Positions 16,722-24,653 of a DNA stretch of 52,949 nucleotides are shown in pieces. The number at the start of each line of letters is the position of its first letter. Position 1 is the stretch's first letter. The position numbers and the translations under genes are program-made. This DNA comes from Polyangiaceae bacterium. GTDB lineage: Bacteria; Myxococcota_A; Polyangia; Polyangiales; Polyangiaceae. The notes below the pieces were generated by a model. That model saw only the letters and a list, made by a program, of their open reading frames with translations. It did not search any database and was not told the DNA's origin. The DNA is taken from positions 193,508 through 246,456 of the forward strand of contig JAXLYP010000017.1 in assembly GCA_046351395.1 (NCBI GenBank), written 5' to 3'.

Positions 16722-17639
16722 TCAGAACTGCCCGCCCCAGGAGAGCTGCACGGGCGGCCGCGCGGTGACGAGCGGCGCGGACGCCGCCGCGCTCGTGTTC
16801 GGGCCGTCGACGGTCTGCGTGTAGTGCAGGGCGAGGGGGACCGCGAGGCCTACCCCGTACCCGAAGAGGAAGCCGCTGATCGCGTCGCTCATCCAGTGCC
16901 GATCGGAGATGACGCGCATCCCGGCGATGGTGACGGCGAGGGCCGTCGAGCCGACGCACGCGACGACGTCGGGCGCGCCGCCCCCGTAGAGCGGGACATA
17001 GGCGTGGTGGGCGCACGTCAGCCCCGCGCCGACCGCGCTCATCGTCGCGTGACCGCTGAACCAGCTCGCGTTGACGCCGAAGGAGCCACAGTCGTACGCC
17101 CAGCCTTTGTCTGTTTGGCATCCGATCCCGGCTGGGCGCTCCCGCGCGGCGAGCCGGTGGTTCACGCGCATGACGAGATACGCGATCCCGTAGGCCTCGA
17201 GGTTCATCGCCGTCAGCTGCTGGAGCATATCGAGGTTCTCGTCGATCGCCGGGACGAGGACTCCATCGATGAGGACGGGGTAGGCGGCGCTCACGGCGAG
17301 CAAGACGTCGCTCGCGATCTGAATGCCGCGTCGATCCTTAAGCCGCGGCATCGCGACGGCGTCGCGGGCGATCTCGTCGAACAGGATGGGCCCGATCCAC
17401 CGGGGCTCGATGGGCTGTTCGGTCCCGAACTCGATGATGCCCGCGCCGGTGATCGACAGGGCGGTGAGCGTGTACTCGCCCCACACGACGCGCGGGTGGG
17501 ACTCGTCCCAGTGCAGGCGGTGCTCGTCCTTGGCCTGCGCCGCTGCGCGCTCGCATGGCGCGAAAGCTGCGAGCGCCGCGCCCAGAAGGATCGCGTGTTG
17601 GTGTCTGTGCAGCGAGGAGTTCACCAGGGGATCCGTCAC
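16722..17639 (-). CDS. Secreted PAP2-like phosphatase (paralog of 14774-15790)
   Basis: The GTG start overlaps the upstream stop (GTGA). Motifs ARERPA, WFSGHA, RVISDRHWMSD. Ends ...QLSWGGQF*. Confidence 0.75.
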   Translation of the reverse strand: MTDPLVNSSLHRHQHAILLGAALAAFAPCERAAAQAKDEHRLHWDESHPRVVWGEYTLTALSITGAGIIEFGTEQPIEPRWIGPILFDEIARDAVAMPRLKDRRGIQIASDVLLAVSAAYPVLIDGVLVPAIDENLDMLQQLTAMNLEAYGIAYLVMRVNHRLAARERPAGIGCQTDKGWAYDCGSFGVNASWFSGHATMSAVGAGLTCAHHAYVPLYGGGAPDVVACVGSTALAVTIAGMRVISDRHWMSDAISGFLFGYGVGLAVPLALHYTQTVDGPNTSAAASAPLVTARPPVQLSWGGQF

Positions 17640-18190
17640 TCGGGTGAGGGGGTCGACGTCGAGGGCTTGGGCGGTTCGGGCGGGGGCGGCGGTGTGGGCT
17701 CTCGCAGCGAGGGCACCGCGGACGCGCTCGATCCTGGCGTGGGCTGCTCCTTCGTCCCCCCCTTGTCGATCGGCGGGCCCTTCTCCGTCCCGTTCGGATC
17801 CTGTTCGGAGGGCTCGAGGTGCTCCTTCGCGTCACGGACAAAGCCGCTCGTGGGGACGTATTTGTAGGTCGCCTTTTGTCCACAGCCGCTGACGCCGAAC
17901 GTCGTCGCGTCGAGCTCGGTGACGTCGAGCGCCGTGTTGCCGCAGGTGAGGTCGAACGCCGCGCGCTCGCGCAGCGAGACCCAGTCGTCCTTCACGGGGT
18001 CGTGGATGATGACGTCCTTCTTCCCGCAGCCCGTGACGATCCGGATCGGGCCGGCGTGGTTCGTCTCGATGTCGTCCTCCTCGCACTCGAGCGTGTGCCG
18101 AGCCTTCGGCATGATCGATGGCCAGAAGCACGCCCCGATCAGCGTCCCCGAGACCACGGAGAGTGTGACGGCAAGCCTCGATGCGCTCAT
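17636..18190 (-). CDS. Lipoprotein with Pro-rich C-terminal tail, unknown function
   Basis: ATG 18190. Lipobox SGTLIGAC. Cys-containing globular part, then a ...TPPPPPEPPKPSTSTPSPE* tail. Confidence 0.65.
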   Translation of the reverse strand: MSASRLAVTLSVVSGTLIGACFWPSIMPKARHTLECEEDDIETNHAGPIRIVTGCGKKDVIIHDPVKDDWVSLRERAAFDLTCGNTALDVTELDATTFGVSGCGQKATYKYVPTSGFVRDAKEHLEPSEQDPNGTEKGPPIDKGGTKEQPTPGSSASAVPSLREPTPPPPPEPPKPSTSTPSPE

Positions 18191-18280
18191 GAGCTCCGGC
18201 CTCGTCCGAGGGACGTGAAGGTGCGCGGAGGGACCGCGCCGTGAACGAGCGCCCGTGGGGCGTTCATCTCGAAGAGCCAC

Positions 18281-18956
18281 TCACGAGCGCGATCCAAGGA
18301 CCGGACCATCGCCGAGGTCGTCCAAGTGGGAGGTGTCGGCGAGGCGCGTGGGGGTCCAGGCGAGCCCCGCGCTGTCGAGCCGGAATAGACTGGCCACGGG
18401 GCATGGAATGTCCTCCTCCGTGCCCGTGAGACCCTTCACGATCCCGAGGATGGCGACCGCGTGCGTCACGAGAAGGAGTGATCCGTCGTAGGTCGCGGCG
18501 AGGGCACGAGCGGTGAGGGCCGAGCGCGCGAACGCCTCCTCGATCGTCTCGAGCGATGGGGGCACCGAGCGGCGTGTGGCTCCGGTCCACCTCGACCCGC
18601 TCGAGGCGCGCTCGGAGCTCGTCCGCGGACAGCATGTCTCCTAGCCCCGGCCCCCAGTCGGGCCGCTGGAGCTCCGCGAGCCCCGGCTCGAGCGCCACGC
18701 CGCCTCCGATCACGCGCGCGACCTCGGCGGCGGTCTGGACGCAGCGGAGATAGGGGGACGACACGATCCGCGTGATGCCCGACGTCCCGAGGCGTGTCGC
18801 CACGGCTCGGGCCTCCTCGAGGCCGCGCGCGGACAATCCGGGATCGTGGGGCCGCGGGGCGGTGCGCCCCCACTCGAGGTCACTGAAATCGGCGCGGTCA
18901 CCGTGCCGAACCAGCCAAAGCGTTCGGGCGCGGACGGGCTCTGTGGCTGAGGTCAT
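18281..18956 (-). pseudogene. Histidine phosphatase (phosphoglycerate-mutase-like) family gene split by a frameshift
   Basis: The N-terminal half (ATG 18956) has LWLVRHGDRADF (RHG motif). The C-terminal half, in another frame (18281..18565), has ETIEEAFARSALTARALAATYDGSLLLVTHAVAILG. The frames meet at a G5/C5 run (18558-18562). Confidence 0.7.
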
Positions 18957-19543
18957 CGACGCTCCACGGGCACACAGCGTGCTTGGTTGGTATTCGATGC
19001 ACGTCCTCCGCCATGCGGTGATGGGTGCGAGCATGGCGCTCGCCGGCTGCGCCTCGTCGCCCATGCCCGCGTGGCCCGTGTCGACCCCTGCGGAGCTCTG
19101 TCAGGACCCGACCCTCGGCCCCTCCGACTTCTGCATGCCCGCCGCGCGCATCGAGGTGTGGCTCCGCGAGGGCGACTTTCGGATCACGAACGTGGCGTTC
19201 TCGAGCTCGGGCGTGACGCGCCCCTACAAACTCAGGCTCGAGCTCGCGTCGGGGCTGACCATCAACGCGAAGTTCAAGCGCGCGCCGGACGATCTCGAGG
19301 CGTTCAACAACAGCCCGCGGCGCGAGCTCGCCGCCTATGAGATCCAGAAGCTGTTCTTGGACCCGGACGACTACGTCGTCCCTCCGACGGTGCTCGCCTG
19401 CATCCCGGCGCGCACCGAGCTGATGCCGGAGCTCGAGCCGCACCCGAGGGCGACGTGCGCGATCGGCGTACTCGCGTATTGGGTGGAGGGCCTCACGGAC
19501 CAGGGGGTCGTCGACCCCGCGCGGTGGGCGGCGGACGCGGGGT

Positions 19544-19551
19544 ACCGCGAC
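19544..19551. repeat. Target-site duplication (left copy), ACCGCGAC
   Basis: An identical 8-mer directly flanks both IS ends (19544-19551 and 21071-21078). Confidence 0.85.
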
Positions 19552-21070
19552 GTACCCGTTCACCCGTCGGACGGGATCAGCGTGGGGACTTCCAGTTGAG
19601 CTGGGTCGCAAGCTGCAAGGAGGAAGCCGAGGATCGACCTTCGCTGGAGGCGAAGCGAATGGATCACGGTCATGACTCGCTGGGCGAACAGGCATCCTCG
19701 CTCGCTCTGGGAGCCGTAAGAGACCTTGCGCCAAAGCACGAACGGCGCAGCGCGCGCTCGGCATGATTATCAGGGATCCACTTCAGGCTCGAAGGCGAAC
19801 GTGAGGAGGGCGGCCTTGTGTTCGAGTATGTCGAGGCAGGAGCCGGAGACGCCGCGCAGGCGCAGCCCCGCGCCGCGTTCGAGGAGTCCCTCGAACGCCA
19901 TCTGCGCTGGTCGCCATCCTCTGGTACTTGGCGCGTGAGGGTGCCGTCCCGCACCTTGTGCCAGGCGGCAGCACAAGGTGAGAGAGCAGAGAAGGTCCTC
20001 CCCGAGTTGGCGTCCCGCGTCCTTGCGTTCGGAGAAGGCGACGAACTTCCTGATGAGGTGCGCCCAGCAGATCTGCCGCCGCCCTGATGGCCCAGAAGCC
20101 GAACTGCGAGCCTCGGTCCGTCACCAAGGATCCCGGAGAGGGCCCATGAGCGCGGCGATTGTCCGCGACAAGCATCGGCGGTGACGAAGAACACAGCGAC
20201 GGACCGCGTTGCGATCGTCCAGAGCGCGGCATACAGGCCGGCGACTCGCCAGGTGCTTCCGTCCACGTGCTTCACGGGGTGCGCGCGGACGTAGCAGGCC
20301 GCGGCATCCACCGGGGCAGCGATAGCGTCGTTGATCCGCTCCTCGGCCTCGCTGAGGGCGCCGAGCGAGACTGGGATGCCGAAGATCTCGGAGAGGTACT
20401 CCCGGCAACTGTCGCGCCACTGTCCGCGCGCCGAGGAACAGCCGATGAACGCGAGCAGCCGGGGACCGAACATGTGGCTCGGGACGCTGCCGGCAGACTC
20501 GCCCACGTCGTCTTCCCGCAGTCCTTGCAACAGGCCCCGCCCATGACGATCTCGTGAACGTCCGGCTTGATCCTTCGGGGATGTCGACGACCTGATGCAG
20601 GCGCGGGTCGATCCCCTCCGCCGCGAGATTCCGTCCGCCGCATCCTCGACATCTCTTCGGCGCCAGCTTCGTCCGACGGGTCACCTTCTCGGGCGGGAAC
20701 AGCACGCGGGTGTTCGGCTTGTGTCCGGGCTGGCCGCCGCGACTTCGACCGGTCGGCTTCTTCTCGGGTCGAGTCCCAGGTAGATCGGTCGACGGAGGCT
20801 TGCCCGACTCCTCGAGTTCTGCCCCAGCTGCTGCTCGAGGTCGGCGACTCGCACCTTGAGCTGCGCGATCTCCGCGTCCTGCCCGCGATGATCGGTGTCG
20901 CGCTCCGCGACCATGGCAAGCAGCGCCGCGACCTGGGCTTCCAACTTCGCCAGACGCTTGCCGACCGAGGTCACCGACCCACTCGATCATGCGGCGATCC
21001 TCGTGTCGATCCCCGATCGCGTATGATCACATATGATCATGTATGGCTGCTCGACCCGGTGAACGGGTAC
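19552..21070 (-). mobile_element. IS66-family insertion sequence (single-ORF type), 1519 bp, transposase degenerate
   Basis: Perfect 13-bp terminal inverted repeats GTACCCGTTCACC (19552-19564; reverse complement at 21058-21070). The 8-bp TSD is typical of IS66. Internal IS66 transposase motifs are present. Confidence 0.8.
19560..20974 (-). pseudogene. IS66-family transposase, multiply frameshifted
   Basis: Family-typical segments are spread over all three frames: leucine-zipper LAKLEAQVAALLAMV…LEQQLGQNS; GKPPSTD…GGQPGHKPNTR…CRGCGG; FGPRLLAFIG…IFGIPVSLGALSEAE…HVDGSTW; LVTDRGSQF; QICWAHLIRKF; PDNHAERALRR; FVLWRKVSYGSQSERG. Confidence 0.7.
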
Positions 21071-21078
21071 ACCGCGAC
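21071..21078. repeat. Target-site duplication (right copy), ACCGCGAC
   Basis: See the left copy. Confidence 0.85.
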
Positions 21079-21719
21079 AACCTCGGGAACTTGAACGTGC
21101 TGACGGCGCTCATCGGTCACCAAGACGACATTGGAGTGAACTTCTACCGGTCGAAGGACGCGGCGCGCCCGCGGCTATTGTCTGTCGACAATGGGCTCGC
21201 GTTCGGCGCGATGGGAGACAATCCCATTCGGTTCTTCAGCAGCGCATGGAGCGACGTGCGAGTCCCGCTCCTGCCTTCGAAGACGGTGGACAGGCTCGGC
21301 TCGGTCGACCGGGCGCGCCTCGAGCCCCTCGGCGTGGTCGCGCAGATGCGCCTCGAGGGCGGCGCGTTCCATCCCATCCCACGGACGCCGACGCTCGATC
21401 CGAACCAGGCCGTGCGCTGGAACGGGGACGACGTCCAGCTCGGGCTCACCGCCGAGGAGATCACGGACGTCGATGTCCGGCTGGCACGGCTCCTCGGCGC
21501 GATCGACTCCGAGGAGGTCCAGCGCGGTCGTCCCCGCGAATCGAAGTGATCGCTCGCTTCGAGGGGAGATCGCTGCCGACGATCGACGTCGCCGAGGAGG
21601 GCGGTGCGCTCGCCACCTCGGCGTGGGTCGAAAGTGCCTCGACTTGGCACCCAAATGCCACATCGAGCCGCCCTGCGAGCCCTCCTCGGGCTGGTGCGCG
21701 AATCGCATGAGCACCAAGG

Positions 21720-23159
21720 ATGAGCAACGCGCCGCGACGATCGTCGAGTCCACCCGATCCCAAAGAGGTCGCCCGGCGCTCCCTCGTCGAACGAGCGCTC
21801 GGGGTGATCACCGAGGTGAGGGCAGGCGAGGGGGGGACCGCACTCCTCATGACGCTCAATGTCTTTCTGCTGCTCACCGCATACTATCTCATCAAGCCGG
21901 TCCGTGAGGGCCTCATCGGGAGCGTGAAGCACGGCCCCGAGTACAAGAGCTACATGGGGGGCGCGGTCGCGCTCGCGCTCTTCGCCATCGTCCCGCTCTA
22001 CGGGATGCTCGCCGCGAGGCTGAAGCGGAACGTGCTCATCTCGAGCGTCTCGCTCTTCTTCGTCGCGAACCTCGTCGGCTTCTGGATGCTCGGCCGCCTC
22101 CCCTGGGTCGCGACCGAGACGGGGGCGACGGTCTATGCGCTCGCGTTCCTCCTCTGGGTGGGCGTGTTCAACCTCATGATCGTCGCGCAGTTCTGGGCGT
22201 TCGCCGCCGACGTGTACACCGACGAGCAGGGGAAGCGGTTGTTCGCGCTCATCGGTCTGGGCGCGTCCGTCGGCGCGGTGATGGGGAGCCTGGTCATGAA
22301 CCGCGTCGTGACCGAGCTCGGCACGGAGCACATGATGCTCGTCGCCGCCGTGACGCTCGCGCTCGCGACGGCGGTGACGCTGCTCATCCATCGGCGCGAG
22401 TCCCGGCGGCCGCGGGCGCCGGACCCGGAGAAGGAGCGGAAACAGCGCGAGGAGAAGGAGGCGAAGCAGAGCAGTCAGGGCGCGTTCTCGCTCGTGCTCC
22501 ACGACCGGTATTTGCTGCTCATCGCGGCGTTCACCGTGCTCTTCCAGATCGTGAACACCAATGGCGAGTTCATCCTCTCGAGCCTCGTGGCGGACGCGTC
22601 GCGCGCCGTGACCGAGACGCGAGAGGAGCAGAAGGCGTGGATCGCCTCGTACTACGGGAGCTTCTTTCTCTGGGTGAACATCGCGGGCGTGGCGATCCAG
22701 ACGTTCCTCGTCTCGCGGATCGTGAAGTGGGGCGGGCTCAAGGTCGGCCTCCTCATCTTCCCCGTCGTCGCGCTCATCAGCGAGGCGGCCATCGCGGTCG
22801 TCCCGGTGCTCCTCCTCGTTCGGATCGGCAAGACGGCGGAGAACTCGCTCGACTATTCGCTCAACAACACGCTCCGCAACGCCCTCTGGCTCCCCACGAC
22901 GACGCGCGCGAAGTACGTCGCGAAGCAGGCGATCGACAGCTTCGTGTCGCGCGTGGGCGACATGGGGTCGGCGCTCGCGATCTTCATCCTCATCGACGCG
23001 CTCCACTTGACCGTGCGAGCGGTCGCGACGCTCAACGCGTGCCTCGTCCTCGCTTGGATCTACGTGTCGATCGAGATCGTCCGCGAGAACGGCAAGCTCA
23101 CCGAGGACGCGAAGGGCAAAGCGCTTTCACGGCTGGAGGCGGCGGGGGCGAGCGCGTGA
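21720..23159 (+). CDS. TLC-family (ATP/ADP-translocase-like, Npt-type) membrane transporter
   Basis: 479 aa, multi-TM. LLMTLNVFLLLTAYYLIKPVREG; signature block QFWAFAADVYTDEQGKRLFALIGLGASVGAVMGS. An upstream ATG at 21707 in another frame (MSTKDEQRAATIVEST) leaves the true start uncertain. Confidence 0.8.
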   Translation: MSNAPRRSSSPPDPKEVARRSLVERALGVITEVRAGEGGTALLMTLNVFLLLTAYYLIKPVREGLIGSVKHGPEYKSYMGGAVALALFAIVPLYGMLAARLKRNVLISSVSLFFVANLVGFWMLGRLPWVATETGATVYALAFLLWVGVFNLMIVAQFWAFAADVYTDEQGKRLFALIGLGASVGAVMGSLVMNRVVTELGTEHMMLVAAVTLALATAVTLLIHRRESRRPRAPDPEKERKQREEKEAKQSSQGAFSLVLHDRYLLLIAAFTVLFQIVNTNGEFILSSLVADASRAVTETREEQKAWIASYYGSFFLWVNIAGVAIQTFLVSRIVKWGGLKVGLLIFPVVALISEAAIAVVPVLLLVRIGKTAENSLDYSLNNTLRNALWLPTTTRAKYVAKQAIDSFVSRVGDMGSALAIFILIDALHLTVRAVATLNACLVLAWIYVSIEIVRENGKLTEDAKGKALSRLEAAGASA

Positions 23160-24616
23160 GGACACCGGGGGCGAGCCTCACCCTCGTCCTCGTGTGCGCG
23201 CTCGCGGGCAGGTCCGCGACGGCGCGCGCGGACGGCGCGAGCCCCCCCGCGCCGCCGCCGCACCCGTCGACGCTCCCAGAGGACGCGCGCCGCGCCCCGG
23301 GGGAGAAGCGCCCGCTGCAAGAGTACGAGGGGCGCCCGCGCGAGACCACGACCGCGGAGGACGCCCTCTGGGTCCCACGCGTCCTCCTGTTCCCCGCGTA
23401 CCTCGTCTCGGAGTTCGTGGTTCGGAGGCCGCTCGGCGCGATCGACACCGCGCTCGAGACGGGCTCGACGGGCGGCCGGCTCATCGACGTGTTCACGTTC
23501 GGACCGCGCCACAACGCCGGTTTGGTCCCGACCGCGTTCTACGACTTCGGGTTCCGTCCGAGCGCGGGGCTCTACCTCTTCTACGACGACTTCCTCGCGA
23601 CAGACAATCAGCTCCGCGCGGCGTTCGCGACCGGCGGAGAGCGGTATTTCAGGGCGCGGGTGGTGGACCGAATCCCCCTTCACGTCGTCCGGGGCGAGGA
23701 CGGCGAGCACGAGGTCAGGGCGAACCTCCAGCTCGAGCTCGCTGGGCTCGCGCGGCCCGACCATCGGTTCTACGGCCTCGGCTTCGGATCGAAGAGCGCG
23801 CACGGATCGGAGTTCGAACAGAGATCGGTCGGGGGAGGAGTCCGCTTCCGCGCGGAGCCCTGGAGGTGGTCCTTCCTCGAGTCTTGGGTGCTCTATCGGC
23901 ACCACGACTTCTCGGATGGGGGGTGCGACGCACGCCCGTCGGACTGTGATCACCCGCCGATCTCATGGGCCATCGAGAGGGGCTGGTACGCGGCGCCAGT
24001 GGGCTTCGACGGATACCAGACAATCAAAGTCGGCGCGCGAGCGGTGGTGGACACGCGCCCGGATCGACCCGCGCCGGGATCGGGCGCGGGCTCGGAGATC
24101 CGCTTGGAGCTGACGAACGACACGCGCGGCGGGGAGTGGGCGGAGGGGGGCGCCACCGTGGGCGGCTTCCTCGATCTCACCGGGACGCGGAGGGTCCTCG
24201 AGCTGACGCTCGACGTGCGCGCCCTCGAGCCGCTCTCGTCGGGAACGGCGATCCCGTTCACCGAGCTCGTCGGCGCGGCCCGCATGGATGGAATCCTCGA
24301 GGACGGCGTGCTGCGCGGGTTCATCGCGGGTCGCCTGCTCGGAGAGAGCTCCGTGGTGGCCTCGCTCGGGTATTCGTGGCCCATCTGGGCCTGGGTCGAC
24401 GCCACTCTGCAAGCCCAAGTCGGCAACGTGTTCGCGCACCGGCTCGCCGATTTCGCGCCGGAGCGGCTGCGGTTCTCGTTCGTCGGCGGCTTTCGATCAC
24501 CGAATCACCGGGACCACGCGCTCAACGTGCTGCTGGGGTTCGGGACCGAGCCGTTCGCCGACGGCGGCTCGCCGGAGAGCCTGCGGTTCCTCATCGGGGG
24601 CACGACCGGGTTCTAA
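23156..24616 (+). CDS. Outer-membrane beta-barrel protein (paralog of 10517-11965)
   Basis: The GTG start overlaps the TLC stop (GTGA). Signal peptide …LVLVCALAGRSATARA. Long collinear identity blocks with the paralog (FTFGPRHNAGLVPTAFYDFGFRPSAGLYLFYDDFLATDNQLRA; RLRFSFVGGFRSPNHRDHALNVLLGFGTEPFADGG). Ends GGTTGF*. Confidence 0.8.
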   Translation: MRTPGASLTLVLVCALAGRSATARADGASPPAPPPHPSTLPEDARRAPGEKRPLQEYEGRPRETTTAEDALWVPRVLLFPAYLVSEFVVRRPLGAIDTALETGSTGGRLIDVFTFGPRHNAGLVPTAFYDFGFRPSAGLYLFYDDFLATDNQLRAAFATGGERYFRARVVDRIPLHVVRGEDGEHEVRANLQLELAGLARPDHRFYGLGFGSKSAHGSEFEQRSVGGGVRFRAEPWRWSFLESWVLYRHHDFSDGGCDARPSDCDHPPISWAIERGWYAAPVGFDGYQTIKVGARAVVDTRPDRPAPGSGAGSEIRLELTNDTRGGEWAEGGATVGGFLDLTGTRRVLELTLDVRALEPLSSGTAIPFTELVGAARMDGILEDGVLRGFIAGRLLGESSVVASLGYSWPIWAWVDATLQAQVGNVFAHRLADFAPERLRFSFVGGFRSPNHRDHALNVLLGFGTEPFADGGSPESLRFLIGGTTGF

Positions 24617-24653
24617 CGACGAGGGCGCCGGGGTACTCTCCGCGGTCACGCCG

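Larger units (their letters stand above)
18997..21549 (+). pseudogene. Kinase-like lipoprotein gene interrupted by an IS element (exact ORF restored by removing 19552-21078)
   Basis: Lipobox MALAGC. Joining 18997-19551 to 21079-21549 gives an in-frame 341-aa product reading ...ADAGYRD|NLGNLNVLTALIGHQDDIGVNFY...LLSVDNGLAFG (catalytic-loop-like and DFG-like motifs). Confidence 0.7.

Noticed and set aside
21645-21660. Sigma-54-type promoter TGGCAC-N5-TGCCA about 60 nt upstream of the second TLC gene
   Set aside because: The -24 element is perfect, but the GC of the -12 element is one base too close (GG-N9-GC instead of GG-N10-GC). The sequence is also a palindrome (TGGCA-N6-TGCCA), so it may be an operator. 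I do not call it a promoter.
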